In this document: one piece after another, positions 24,412 to 36,590 of the stretch
Numbering within the stretch: position 1 is the stretch's first letter
How the letters are laid out: the number at the start of each line of letters is the position of its first letter
NCBI GenBank assembly: GCA_907165135.1
Contig: OU015566.1
Span: forward strand, 3,224,001 to 3,288,000
Reading direction: 5' to 3'
Length of the DNA: 64,000 nucleotides
Source: Oikopleura dioica
Lineage: Eukaryota; Animalia; Chordata
Notes under the pieces: model-generated
What the model saw: the letters and a program-made list of their open reading frames with translations, nothing else
Database searches by the model: none
Told to the model about the DNA's origin: nothing
Position numbers and translations under genes: made by a program

Positions 24412-25163
24412 CTTTTTTATCTTTTGAAATGCATTTTTCGGATAGCGGGGAAATTTGCACAAGAGTATGATTACTGAGCAAACAAGGTGAGCCTGGCTCT
24501 CCAAATCATCAATGACACTACAAGTAGTCAAATTGACATGAATTTATTTAATATTTAAAAAATGAAATCGCGAAATAATCAAAATAAGGCTTTGTTTGGT
24601 AAACCTTAGGGAAATAAGAATGCAAGTTCATAAGTATTCATCAGCTAATTATGGCGACGGGTGATCACCTTCAGCTCCTTCTTTTTTCTTCAAAGAGAAA
24701 ACCGAGAATTGAAAAAAAATGAATGTCGGAAAGGTAAGTTCCCTTCTTTTTGCCTCTCAAGCAGTTGTCAATTGTAGCATGGAAAAATCTATGGCGATCA
24801 AGTTTCAATCCACAAAAAGCACTTATGCAAATTTCTGTTTGAAGTCAGTGAGGATAATATGAATATCAATTTTGGGTCCGAGATCTGTGAAGAATACACT
24901 CCCGTATATAATCAAGAAAAGCCTTTTGAAATCAATGACGATAAAATCGAATGAATAAATTAAAAAATATTTTTGTTCCCGAAATTTTTCAAAAAACTCT
25001 TGAAAAGACAACTCAACAATCGTCGGCGCAATCAAAACCGACTCTCAAGAAAACCACGAAAAGTAAGTTACCCCCCCCTTTCCCCCTCCTCTAAATCTCT
25101 TATAGAACTTGGGATCCAGTAGATACGACCCTGGTCATTCTGACCCTTGTTGGTTGGATGCTT

Positions 25164-25439
25164 CTATTGGTTGTTTGTTTCAACAAATTTGTCGACGTCC
25201 TGGCTTATCATGCTATTCGAAACGAGTCGCAAATTGACAAAAACTACCGAAAATATCTTCATGCGAGGGTTCAGATTGTCAAGCCTTCTGAGAGACGCAA
25301 TGCTTTCGGTAAGATAGTTTTCTTTTAAAAAAGAAAAAAACCTATTTAGTAATTGAAAATAAAGATGCAAGAGACAGACGATCATCAGAGTTTCGACGAA
25401 GCCAATCAGAAATCGGTATGGTCTCTTGAAAAAACCCAT
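25164..25439 (-). CDS. Possible small type II membrane protein
   Basis: MGFFKRPYRFLIGFVETLMIVCLLHLYFQLL hydrophobic N-terminus; exon structure unresolved. Confidence 0.3.
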   Translation of the reverse strand: MGFFKRPYRFLIGFVETLMIVCLLHLYFQLLNRFFSFLKENYLTESIASLRRLDNLNPRMKIFSVVFVNLRLVSNSMISQDVDKFVETNNQ

Positions 25440-25656
25440 AAAATCAATTGTTCAGGGGATGATTTTGACGATCTGGAATTTATGGATTGCCAAGAATTTA
25501 CTGTTTTCTGACTGTTTCAAAACAAAACTGATGTTAATAAAATTCTTTGCAAAAAATTCAAAATATCTCAGACAAGAGAAGAGAAGTGAGTACATATGTA
25601 TTTCGGGATATAAGAAACTACAGGAACATTAGCAACAGTATCTGCTGCGAGTCATA

Positions 25657-25852
25657 TCATTTGCATTCAGTCTTATTGCAGCTCGTTTCGCAAGGAGTGC
25701 AGGTTTTTTCGTGCGTCTACAAAGAAAATTGTAAAAAATATTCGTAGAAAAAAAAATGAAAAATTTTTCGAAAAAGTACTCACGTGATTCTCTTTCGGAG
25801 CACAGCAGTGGTCTTCCTTGTGACAGTGCGTTTTTGGATCGTTTTCAATCAT
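25657..25852 (-). CDS. 42-aa Cys/His-rich peptide (metallothionein-like candidate)
   Basis: Exons 25852-25784 and 25716-25657 joined by a 67-nt GTGAGT...TTTGTAG intron give MIENDPKTHCHKEDHCCAPKENHTHEKTCTPCETSCNKTECK*. A TATATAA lies about 60 bp upstream. Confidence 0.6.
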
Positions 25853-26366
25853 TGTCAATTTTTTTGTTCAAAAAAATTTTTCTTTTTTGACTCTGCTGAA
25901 TCGACCTTCATTATATACTCTCTTCCCTCTCTGCTGCCCTCAGGAGATTACTCGCCCGCGGCCAGCGCATGTAATTGCATAACTGATGCTAAATTGACGG
26001 ATAATGAGCCGTCCGTAATCCGATCACGCGACTTATTAGCCTTATTACGACGCAGAAAAGGCTGATTATTCAAAAGTTATTGAAACGAAAAGCATTTTCT
26101 CCGCTTCTTATTGCATCAAGCATGCATATTCCACCCGTCAATTATTCAAAAACGCTCAAAAAAGAGCTGCAACTGTACCTCCAAGGTCAGCCTGACCAAG
26201 CCTCGGGGGAAATTTGTTGACCGGTAAATATTCGTTCCAATCAAGTACTAAAATGAGCCATTCAGATCCAAAAATGGGTCGTTAAATTCATAAAATTCAA
26301 AAAAAGTACCGTTTTTTGAGATAAACAGGTCATAAAAATCTGTTTTCCGTGACGCCCGAAAAAACA

Positions 26367-28061
26367 ATGAACCTAACAAAAGATACTTCAAAACTAGGGT
26401 TAATGAACAGAAGAACGATTCAGAGAAAATGGCTATTTGGAATTCTAGTGGCGCTTTCATTTTTTTCTTTTATACAGTATCGCAGATCTCTTTCAAGGTA
26501 AACAATGCGATTTCGGCAGCTTGAAAAATATTTTAAGTTCGAAGATTCTCCATGAGCGAGATTACAGGGAAGAAATCGAAATCACCGAAATTTTCACTGC
26601 CCCAAAAACCGCTTCGAAAACCTGCCAAAAACCCGTCGAGGACATCATTTTCGTCAAAACCCACAAGACCGGCTCATCAACTCTCCAGAACATTATCCGA
26701 AGATTCGGAATGAAGAATAATTTGCCAATTGCCATGCCTGTTTCTGACGGAAATCGCTTCGAATACCCTTATTTCTTCAAAACAACTTTTATTAAAAACT
26801 TCCGTCTGGGCAGAAACCGCGGATTATTGCGAATCATTTACGAGCGTCGAGAGAATTGTACGAAATTTTTCCGGAGGCGAAGAGGATCACAATCTTAAGG
26901 GACATACCGTCGTTGTATGAGGAATAGGATGAATGAGAAGTTATATTATATTATATTATATTATATTATATTATATTATATTATATTATATTATATTATA
27001 TTATATTATATTATATTATATTATATTATATTATATTATATTATATTATATTATATTATATTATATTATATTATATTATATTATATTATATTATATTATA
27101 TTATATTATATTATATTATATTATATTATATTATATTATATTATATTATATTATATTATATTATATTATGAATCATCATCCCAAAATAAGAGCTCTTTCG
27201 GCTACTTCCGGTCAATAACCACTCCCTACAGAAAAGCTCAATCCTTGGAAGCCTTCTACTCTTCTCCCGAAAGATTCTGGAACGCAGACGAGCCATATGG
27301 AAACAAAGGAAATGATGTTTTCGCGCGAAACCATATGGCCTTCGATCTGGGTAGGGAACGCTCTATTCGAGCAATTTACAATTAAGATTTAATTATTCAC
27401 ATTGCAGGCATGCCATGGCTCAGTGAAAACAACGAGGAAAATATTTTGCAAGCGCTTGAGCAAACATTTGATTTGGTCTTGCTGACAGATTATTTCAAAG
27501 AAAGCATGGTCCTTCTCAAGAAAGAACTTTGCTGGGAGTGGGAGGATGTCCTATTTTTCGTCACAAACGAACGATCAGAAAAGCAGAAACTCTCACCGGA
27601 GCTAGAATCGAAAATGAGAAGCTGGAATCATTTGGACAACGCGATCTATGAACATTTCAGCAAAGTTTTCTGGCAGAAAATTGACGACTATGAAGGATTT
27701 GGAGAAGATTTGAAGATTTTGGAGGAAAAACTTGATGAAGTTAAAAAGACTTGTTTGGAGAAAGAATTTATTTGTGAGGAAAATGACCTTCAGTGTCAGT
27801 TTTCTTACGATCAAGTCAAGATCAAAAATTATCAGGTACGATTAAAGTGGCTCAATTAAGGGTGTCCCCATACAAATTTATGCTTTTGAATCGATCAACT
27901 TCTTTACATATTTTTTTTTCATCTATAAAATTCAGTTGTCGAAAGAAGGCGAAAAACTGGAGCTTTGTCGACTTATGGTCATGCCAGAACTTGAAATGTC
28001 AATAAAGATCTTCGAGTCCCAGTGGACCGGCTGGTACGATCTTTATGACGGCCAGGTTTGA
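26367..28061 (+). CDS. Galactose-3-O-sulfotransferase family protein (one 1-bp frameshift at the A5 run 26794-26798 in this sequence)
   Basis: Type II TM, 5'-PSB motif FVKTHKTGSSTLQNI, ANHLR, TILRDIPSLYE-SSFGYF, ARNHMAFDLG and FDLVLLTDYFKESMVLLKKELCW. Confidence 0.9.
26941..27170. repeat. (TTATA)n microsatellite, ~46 units, inside a GA-AG intron (26922-27190)
   Basis: Direct reading of the sequence. Confidence 0.98.
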
Positions 28062-28254
28062 AATATTCATCGTCTGCACTCACTTTTTCTCACTGAGCAT
28101 CAATCATTCATCAGTTCTTTATTGTAGAAATATATTTGTACAGGCGGTAAATAAACAATTTAAAAATATACCATATCGTCAAGTTGAAGGTTGTTCGTTA
28201 AATGTTAATTTATTTCAAAATGCAGTTAGTACAGGAAAAGAATTGACACCTTTA

Positions 28255-28978
28255 TAAAGCTTTTGCTTTCCACCGAAAGAAATCGGAATTTCTGTGAATT
28301 TTACGCTGTCCTCGAATTCATAAAGCTGAAAAAGCATAAATTATCAATCGTCCACATTCGAAAATAACCCTTATGTACTCAACGCTGAGATTTTTCGCCA
28401 GATCTAGATTCAATTGGCTAATTTTCCCAAAAGAATCCACAACTTCAAACGAGTACTCATTTCTCTGGTTCGCGTAGATTCCATCCAGAGCGATTGGCTC
28501 GCCTTTTTCTCTCTAGAAATTTTATCGATCGGAAAATTTTAGAGTTCTTGCCTTTTTGAGATGTTTCTCATTCGTAAGAAAGAACTCGAGTCGGTCGTTA
28601 TCTTCATTCAAAATAACAAGAGTGGCTTGAGTGACGGAGTTGCTGAAGAATTTTTTCGCTGTCTTGATTTCAAATCTGTAAATTGTCGAAGGAATTTTGT
28701 TGGAGTCGGAGCTCGCTCGTGTTATTTCTTCGTGATTGTTGATGACGACATCTTTTTGAGATCAAGAAAAGCTGATTTTTTTTCAAAAAAGAAATAATTT
28801 TATTGATGATCATTCCTGAATGATATCTTCCTTCTTCCTCTACTGGTATCTCAGGAGCAAGAGGTAATGGTTCAACTTTCGAGTCTTCTTTGTAAATGAC
28901 AGTATTTTCATTCTCCTTCCTTTCGACATTTTCGTAAAGATGAATTGACGAAGACCATCTGCTGCCACCAAGAGGCAC
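28255..28978 (-). CDS. PLAT/LH2-like module (exons of a probable multi-PLAT gene)
   Basis: IYRFEIKTAKKFFSNSVTQATLVILNEDND...NQRNEYSFEVVDSFGKISQLNL fits the PLAT pattern. Confidence 0.5.
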
Positions 28979-29041
28979 TTTTTCCTATTCCGGTTTTTCT
29001 GACGCAAAAATTTCTGACCGAAAAAAGACAGAGGAAAAACC

Positions 29042-29341
29042 CGGGGGCGCTCGGTTAGAATACCAAAAATATTGGGTATTTGAATACCAAAAATTGATAT
29101 TTGAATACCAAAATTGGTATTTGAATACCAATTTTTTCTAGCGGAAACAATTTTTTTCCCTGAAAAATATGTAAATCACCTCTAGAGCTTCCTAAAAAAC
29201 AGGCCCGGAACGCACACTCAAATTTTTTGGCGGGCGAAATTAGTATTCTTTGGCGAATTTGGTATTTGAATACCAAAATTGGTATTTGAATACCAAAATT
29301 GGTATTTGAATACCAATTGGTATTCTAACCGAGCGTCTCCC
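29042..29341. mobile_element. 300-bp MITE with an 8-bp TSD and internal GGTATTTGAATACC palindromic repeats
   Basis: Inverted arms CGCTCGGTTAGAATACC / GGTATTCTAACCGAGCG; GAAAAACC at both 29034-29041 and 29342-29349. Confidence 0.8.
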
Positions 29342-29681
29342 GAAAAACCGTGCCTCTAAGTTTCGCTTGCGGACTTTGCACTTTTTCAAAACGCCCAGAT
29401 CAGAGAACTCCGCCGGTAGCGCGCGACTGAACAGTAAATATCACCAACAGCCAGAATTTAATGCGAAAAGAGAAGTTATATAATCGCTTATATAATGGTT
29501 ACTTTGACTCTTGAAGCACAGGAACTGACGGACGACTTATTTGAAGAGGCCGGGCAAAAACAGGTCGCTCGGACGATTTGTAGGAAAAATTTTCGCTGGG
29601 AAAATCGGATGTGTCAGCTTTTTCTGGTGCTTTTTCTAGCGCTGCTGGAGCTGGAATTCTTCATTAAAAAAAGCTAAAAAA

Positions 29682-30184
29682 CTATGCTGGCTTACCGACA
29701 AAAGGAGTTATTTGAGAGAAATCTTCAGATGTATTTGACTCAAAAGATGATTTTCGTGACGTCGTTTTTGAGCATTTTATCTGGCAAGAAACCGTCACAG
29801 GACTTTCCCACTCGATCCCTTCCAATCCAGCGGAAGAACTCGTTTGAACAAGAAAAGATTTGAGATAACTTGGCTGCTGTCCACCCTGGTCGACAATTTT
29901 ATACTTTGCAAATTTGTCCATCGCAGCACCGGATGTGAAGAAGATCGCCTTTTGCTCGTGAAACGGGGCGGTCGAATGCTGGTTGAAAAGCTCCACACGG
30001 TTCGATTCTTCTTTTGCAGCATCATCTTGAAGGAACAGCTCCTCGGATTTGGATAGTGAGTTGGCAATTTCGTCGCCGCAATTTGAATGGAGGACTTTTT
30101 GGTCTTAATATATTTCCTGACACTTCCGACATCGTTGACAACACTGACATTTGTGTAAAAAGCCAGATAGCCAGTATTTTTCAT
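29682..30184 (-). CDS. Second PLAT-like module (two overlapping ORFs, junction unresolved)
   Basis: FHEQKAIFFTSGAAMDKFAKYKIVDQGGQQPSYLKSFLVQ resembles the C-terminal half of a PLAT domain. Confidence 0.35.
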
Positions 30185-30560
30185 AATTTTAATGCGAATC
30201 TCAAAAACTTCCTGACCAACAGTTACAAAATTTCAGTTACGTAACAACCTCTTCAACTCGTTCAAACTTGACCAAAGACAACAGTTTCAAAATCTGCCCT
30301 TTCGCAGAATTTTCTTTTTTATTCGAAATTTCCAATTCGAAAAGAGGTCATTTCAAGGAGTGAACTCACTAAATGGGGTAACAACTGTATATTCTTTCCG
30401 CTCGGAACATCGAAAGACAAACACGTGACCGATCCTGTTTCTCCCGTCGCGTTTGTTCTTCTGCTTCATCGAACAAATATTTTATTCTGTTGGCAAATAA
30501 CATAGCGAAGTTATCTTTATATTCCTTGAGCGACATTTCTCAGAAGAACTCTTTAAAAAT

Positions 30561-32228
30561 ATGGATGATTTTTTCAACGAAACAAGAGTTAACCAAATTG
30601 ACCAAGAACCAATGAAACGAGAGAATACTAACACTCACGAACCCCTTATTCAGCAGTACCAATACCCAATAAGTCAGCCAATGGATGACTTTTTCGATAA
30701 CCGACATTGGCAAAACGACGAAAACATGCAGGACTCCCCACAAGATCCCAATAATCAAACACCAAGTCCTTCGACTTCTCATGATTTTTTCGACCAACAA
30801 CCTTCATTTGCCAACAACGAGCTTTCGTCTCCCCCTTCAAATCGCCGAGAAAAGCAAAGAGAGCCCTGTCCAGTCTGTGGCGACGTTGTGTCTGGATATC
30901 ACTACGGAATACTGAGCTGCGAGAGTTGCAAGGGATTCTTTAAGCGGATCGTTCAGCTGAATAAGAAATACTATTGCTCGAATAATGATCAATGTACGAT
31001 CACGAAGACAACGAGGAAGAAGTGCTCTTCTTGCAGATACAACGTAAGTTTCTGCTCATCCCTTTTCTGATTGGCAATTTTCATTCTAGAAATGTATCCT
31101 TCTTGGAATGAAGCGCGAAGCCCTGAGAATCGGCGGTAATCGAGGCGGCCGATCTGCGCTGAAAGAAGAATACGATAAAGACCGAGCAAATCGCAAGAAA
31201 AAACGACTCGTCAGTTCCAGCTCGGACCAGAATCATAACGAACATCCTTTTCAACCGCTGGAAATGAAAAATGAAATGACCGATTTTGACCCAAAACCGG
31301 CCAATTTTCTGACAAGCTTTGACTCGATCCTTGGAATGACGAATTTGGACATCATTAAGGATATCACATCGTCTTGGATTCCCGAAGAACAAGTCGCGGA
31401 AAGAGTAAGGAGGGGTGAAATGCTGGTTTCTAGAGATTTTTAAGGCGCGAAAAGCGGTTGAAGGGATGATTTTCGTGAACAAATACAGTGTGATCGATCA
31501 CGTGATACGAATGGACGAACAGGTGTTGTTTTCAAAAGTGCTTTGGGCAAAACAAACTGCTGCTTTTAGAGAGTTGTCTACTGATGATCAGGTATTTTTC
31601 AACCTGATGCATGATGACAATTTTAAAGGTCAAAGCCCTCTGTAAATCCTGGCCGCATGTCATGTGCCTTGACCAAATCTACCGCCAACTTTGGTTCTCT
31701 GACGAAAAGCATCTCCTCCTTGTCTCCGGGCGAAAAATTTCCCAGGAGAGCTTCTCGACTTATTTTGACCCCGGAGCGCAGAAAATGGCAGAAGAGATAA
31801 TGAGGATTACGACTATTTACAAAAAGCTTAGGATTGATCGGACAGAGCTTATTTGCTTGATGATGTTTTCTATGTTCATTTTGGACGAACGGGTAGGTAG
31901 CAAAAGGAAAAATATGGTCTGAATGTCTTCTAGCCACAGCATCAGCTGATTGCAGAACGAATCAAATCATGTTTACTGGATCATATTCAAACTCATTTTT
32001 CCGACCAGCCAGCGAGATTTCATGAATTAATGAATGCTTTCAGAGGTAAGAAAAAAATCTACAAAAAAAAAAAGATAAAAATTCTGATAAAAAATATTTC
32101 TAGAAACATCCGAGCTCGCGCGAATAGGAACCGAATGGTTTCGCGAAAAGAAGCTCTACGGAATGATCCCAAGCACCTACATTCTATCCGAAGTCCTCGA
32201 CAATGGAAACTCTTTAATGCAAGCATAA
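30561..32228 (+). CDS. NR5A: Nuclear receptor of the NR5A (FTZ-F1/SF-1/LRH-1) subfamily
   Basis: [30 protein letters not shown] with an ESCKG P-box, FTZ-F1-box-like [24 protein letters not shown] signature [22 protein letters not shown] and AF-2-like TYILSEVLD; five GT-AG introns keep the frame. Confidence 0.88.
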
Positions 32229-32317
32229 GACCTTTCCTATTTTGTACAAAGCGCCGCTTCTCAATTCGTCTGCATCGCTTCTTTCGCTCGAATCTTTGAA
32301 ACAAATAAGTAAATAAA

Positions 32318-32647
32318 TCAAAAATGAATAAACCCACTGTAGTAGAATTTTCCAGCGTCATTTTCTGTCGAAACAAAAAGGCCAGTTAGTTCTTGGTGGG
32401 TCAGATTTTGGTGGTAGTTTACTTGATTGTTGAGGCGGACTTTGACGAATTTGACGGAGCCGATTTCCGGGGCTTCGATTTCGAAGGCTTCAAGAGTCGA
32501 AGATTTAAAAGAAGATCCAATCGAGCAATTCACCCATTTCGTCTCTTGTCCATTTTGACCAAAAAGCTTGACTTGTAAAACTTCTCCATTCTCTTTATTT
32601 ATCGCAATTCCTTCCGGACCGGTAGTGATTGAAATTATATAAATCAT
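32318..32647 (-). CDS. PLAT/LH2 domain exon
   Basis: YIISITTG...LQVKLFGQNGQET...FKSSTLEAFEIEAPEIGSVKFVKV matches the PLAT consensus. Confidence 0.7.
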   Translation of the reverse strand: MIYIISITTGPEGIAINKENGEVLQVKLFGQNGQETKWVNCSIGSSFKSSTLEAFEIEAPEIGSVKFVKVRLNNQVNYHQNLTHQELTGLFVSTENDAGKFYYSGFIHF

Positions 32648-33007
32648 CCGTTTTCTCTTCGCCGCTTTTTTGTTGTTTTTGAAAGAGAGATTTTATTGAG
32701 GAGATGCGAGCTGACAAGGCCGTTTTTACGACTGGAGTGGTGAAAGAGATTTTAACTGACAGTTTGCTTCATCAATAACAAGTCAAATTAAAGTCACGAC
32801 TGAATTTGATTTTCAAACTTAAAAAAATTCGATTAAAATTTTTCATCAATTAAATGGCGACAAAAGGGACTTTACTGTAATACGGTCTCATGAAATCTCT
32901 CCGTCTTCGTAAAGCTTTGTCTACTCATCGTTATTATTTGCCAAACGAATGTGATTCGTATCCCCGATCAAATATTGTAAATTCGAAAGAACAGAAAAGA
33001 GAGAAAA

Positions 33008-34133
33008 TGTCTGAATATTCCCACTCTGAATTCACAGAACCTGCTCCTGAGAGTTTTGTTTCGTATGAAAAAGAATCTGGCGATTCAAGAGCTTGTCAAG
33101 GTATTTTTTTAGCAAAAGTTTTGCATTCATTCTTTCATAAGCTCTCTCGAAAGAAGAAATTACATTTCTTATAAGACAAGAAATGGGCTTTTATGAAACT
33201 GAACTAACAAGCCTGAAAAGAGAGCAGTATCAACTACGAAAGAAGAATGACGAGCTCGTCGAAAAAGTTAGCGATCTTGAGAATCAAAATGAGAATCAGA
33301 AGCTGACAATCTCTGCTTTGGAAGAGAGAATTGAATTGAATCACGAGAATCAAGCCCTTAGCCAGAAGACAATCGAAACATTGGAAAATATGTTTAGCGT
33401 TTTGGAGAAAAAGTATCAATCTGCTATCCAAGGTCAAAAGAACCTCACTGAAACGATCGAAAATTTGAAGAATCAAGTCGAATTTTTAAATTCTATTGAG
33501 CCTGATTCCGAAGAAAATACAGAAAACGTCTACGATCTTGTCTACGAAAATCCAAGAAAAAGCAAAAACGATGAGATAAACACGAAAATGGAAACCCTTG
33601 CAATCCCAGCAATTCAAAAACCAATACATAGTAGCCTCCCACCTAAACCGAATCTTTTCAAATATCATACTCGTGACGATGTCGAACCATTTTTGAATGC
33701 CCTGAAAGATGACACAACTAACTTGAGTTTCAAAGTTTTGTTTTCAAAGCCAAATAATGAGGAGTTTTTCAAAGGAACCTTCGGGATTTACTACTATCCA
33801 CGACTTTATCACACTCAGGCTGATGAAAAAATTCTCTTCATTGGATATGGATTGGAGACGTTGGTTCGCGAAAGAGACAGTTACTATGAATTGGTTTTCA
33901 TCCTGTATTCGCCTATTGACAGAAAGCTGTACTTGCAAGCTAGCTTTGATGGTGATAACAAATTGGATCCAAGGAAAATATTGAGTTCGAGAGATCGAGC
34001 TATTAAAGACTCAGGAACAATTAAAATTGACTCAGATAATCTAAATTTTGTGCGACTGAAAATCGACGTCCCAAAGCAAAGTTTCACAAAACAAATTGTT
34101 ACGTATTATGTTTCATCTGACTGTCTCATATAG
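33008..34133 (+). CDS. Unknown protein with an N-terminal coiled coil
   Basis: 316-aa open frame with heptad repeats, plus a short phase-compatible upstream exon from ATG 33008; AATAAA follows at about 34174. Confidence 0.7.
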
Positions 34134-34202
34134 TTTTAACAAATACATGAGCATATTTCTGATGATCTGCTGCAATAAAGACAATTTTATTATACAATAA
34201 CG

Positions 34203-36590
34203 TTATGTTTTGTATTTGAGGGCATTTTCAGGATCATATTTGATCTTTTTGATCTCGTCTTTCGTCAGTCCGTAGGAGCTGAATCGATCGTCGGTGATAT
34301 TGTCCAACTGTCCCTTGTGCTTTCGCTTCTTCTTTATCTTCTTCTCCTTCTTTTCAACTTCCTGCGCCGGCTCTTCTTCGCTCTTTTCTTCCTGAAAACA
34401 ATCAGTTATCTCCGACATCAAGAAAAAAGCCTAACCTGGTCCTCGCCTTCTTCCAAAAGCTGTCTTTCCTTCAGCTTTCTTCGCCGTTTCGAATTAATCT
34501 TTCGATTCTTCTTCGGCTCCTGGGCCTTTTCAACCTCGTATTCGTCCCCATAAATACTTTTGAAGATCTGTTTCTTTTTCGCTTCGATCTTTTTCGGGTT
34601 CGTCCAGAATTTGTTCTTCGTAAATCCATCGTCTTGAAAGAAAGAATAAAAATACAGTCAAAAGAGTGACTCCCTACCTTTCCATTGAGTGACTCTCTTC
34701 AAACCGACCCACTGATTCAGCTCTGCATCTGTAGCATTCAGTAGCTCATCAGCTGTTAGTCCATAATCTTCCTTGTCAACCTCCCTAAAAACGACAATAG
34801 AAGACCACCACTTCCCTTTTTATCCTCCTACCGATATCTAAACTTGCAGGCAGTGTCGCCGACCATATCAACTTGATAGTCCAGCTCGTCGATTTCTTTG
34901 GCAATTTCGGGGAACTTTTCTTTCGCTTCTTCGTAATCATCTGTCTCGCGAATTCGTCCACGGCCACCGCGCTTCTTTTTCTGCTTTCGTTCCTTTTTCG
35001 CTTTTCGTTTTGTTTCTGCCTGTTCTTCTTCCCATTCTTCCAGGTCGGAAAAGACCGGCTAAAAACGTCACAAGTCATATCAAGTGTAGAAAAGCGGGCA
35101 TACCTTTATGAGCTCTCCATTTTCGTCGAATTCGTCTTCTCCTAAATTCGCAGCTAGCTTTTCCACGAGTTCTTCGTGCTTGTCCGGGTCAAAATCGCCC
35201 TTCAACAAGCTCGGATCGATGTCGATATCGGACACTCCAAGCGCTAGAAAAGAAGGAAGATAAGGCTAAGGAGAGAATGAGGCATTTCTTACCGGACTTG
35301 AGCTCTTCCATTTTCGCCATGAGTTCTTCTTCTTTGATGTGTTTCATTCTAGCCATATTTTCTTTGTATTCCTTTTCTTTCTTCATTTTGCGTTCTTTCT
35401 TTTCCTGTCGTTTCTTTGCTTTTGCTTCTGACTTCGTATCCTAAAGAAAATTGTCAGAAAAGACAATTCTAGCGCTTTTAAATCCCAAAATCGAGAAGCT
35501 GCAAGCGGCTTCCTGATCTCAAGAAATACAGAATGGCTACTGTAGTTAGCGAAATACCTGTCGCAAGCTGTCAGGAACACCATTTCTCGGGTAAGCTTTT
35601 GGTTCCCTCGATTCTTCTCGCTCAAACTTCGTTTTCAAAACGTCGACAGATTCTTTGACTTCGTCTGTTTCAAGTTTTCTCGACGAAAAGAGGTCTTCTC
35701 CGTCGCTTTCTTCCTCCTCGGACGATTCTTGAGCTGCTTTGCCGTTTTCTTTGTGGTATTTCAGCGCGACAAGTTCTTCTCCAGAAGAATAATCTACAAA
35801 AATGGTGAAAAAGCGAAGAAAAGTCGGTCTTACCTTGATCAGATTCATCTTCATTCCAAGCCGCATTCATCAAATACTGCTTGACAAACTTTTCCTTTTC
35901 GTCCAAGTTCTTATTCGCCAGCAAATCCCAGTCAATGTCCTTTTCTGTCGCGACGCCGGACTTGATCGCTTTCTTCGAAAAGATTTCATCCTCGGAATCG
36001 GAGCCAGAATCGGACTCGGCGAGTTTTGCGAATTCGGACTTGATTTCTTCTTGTTCTTCCTGAATAAATCTCATGAATTGGAACTCCATTCACTCACGTA
36101 CCTTATGCGATTTCCCACTCGTAGACGGTCTGGTCAATTCTTCCATTTCTTCAGCTTCTTCATCGACGATTCCGCCCTTCTTCAGCACCACATTTCTTTC
36201 GTAATCTTTCAAAGTCAAGGATTTCTCTGTTTTCGTCTTTTCGTTTTCATCCTCTTCAGAATCAGTTTCATAAAATTTCGTTTTGGAATCGTAAATCGAC
36301 GGGTCGTTTCGTTTCAACGCATCCAGCGCTAGAATTTGATAGGTTTTGAGGGAGAATCAAGGGCAAATTTTACTTTTTAAAAAGCCAAGAGTAGATTTTT
36401 TGGTGAACTGCGGGTCTTCCTCTTCTTCCTCGGAAGTTGATTCTTCATCTGATGACCCAAAGCGGTCTTTGAAGCGCTAGAATTATTTTCTCTTATCAAT
36501 TATTCGCGCTGAAAATAGTACCTGTAATGTCTCTTTTCGTCTGTACGAGTCATAATGATCTGCAAATTTTTTGTTCACTTTGAATCCCAT
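34203..36590 (-). CDS. KRI1: KRI1 homolog (40S ribosome biogenesis)
   Basis: MGFKVNKKFADHYDSYRRKETLQ, ALDALKRNDPSIYDSKTKFY, EKFVKQYLMNAAW, FGLTTDELLNATDAELNQWVGLK and RFSSYGL. Confidence 0.9.

Noticed and set aside
26917-27385. ORFs with YYIIL repeats
   Set aside because: Read-through of the intronic (TTATA)n microsatellite.
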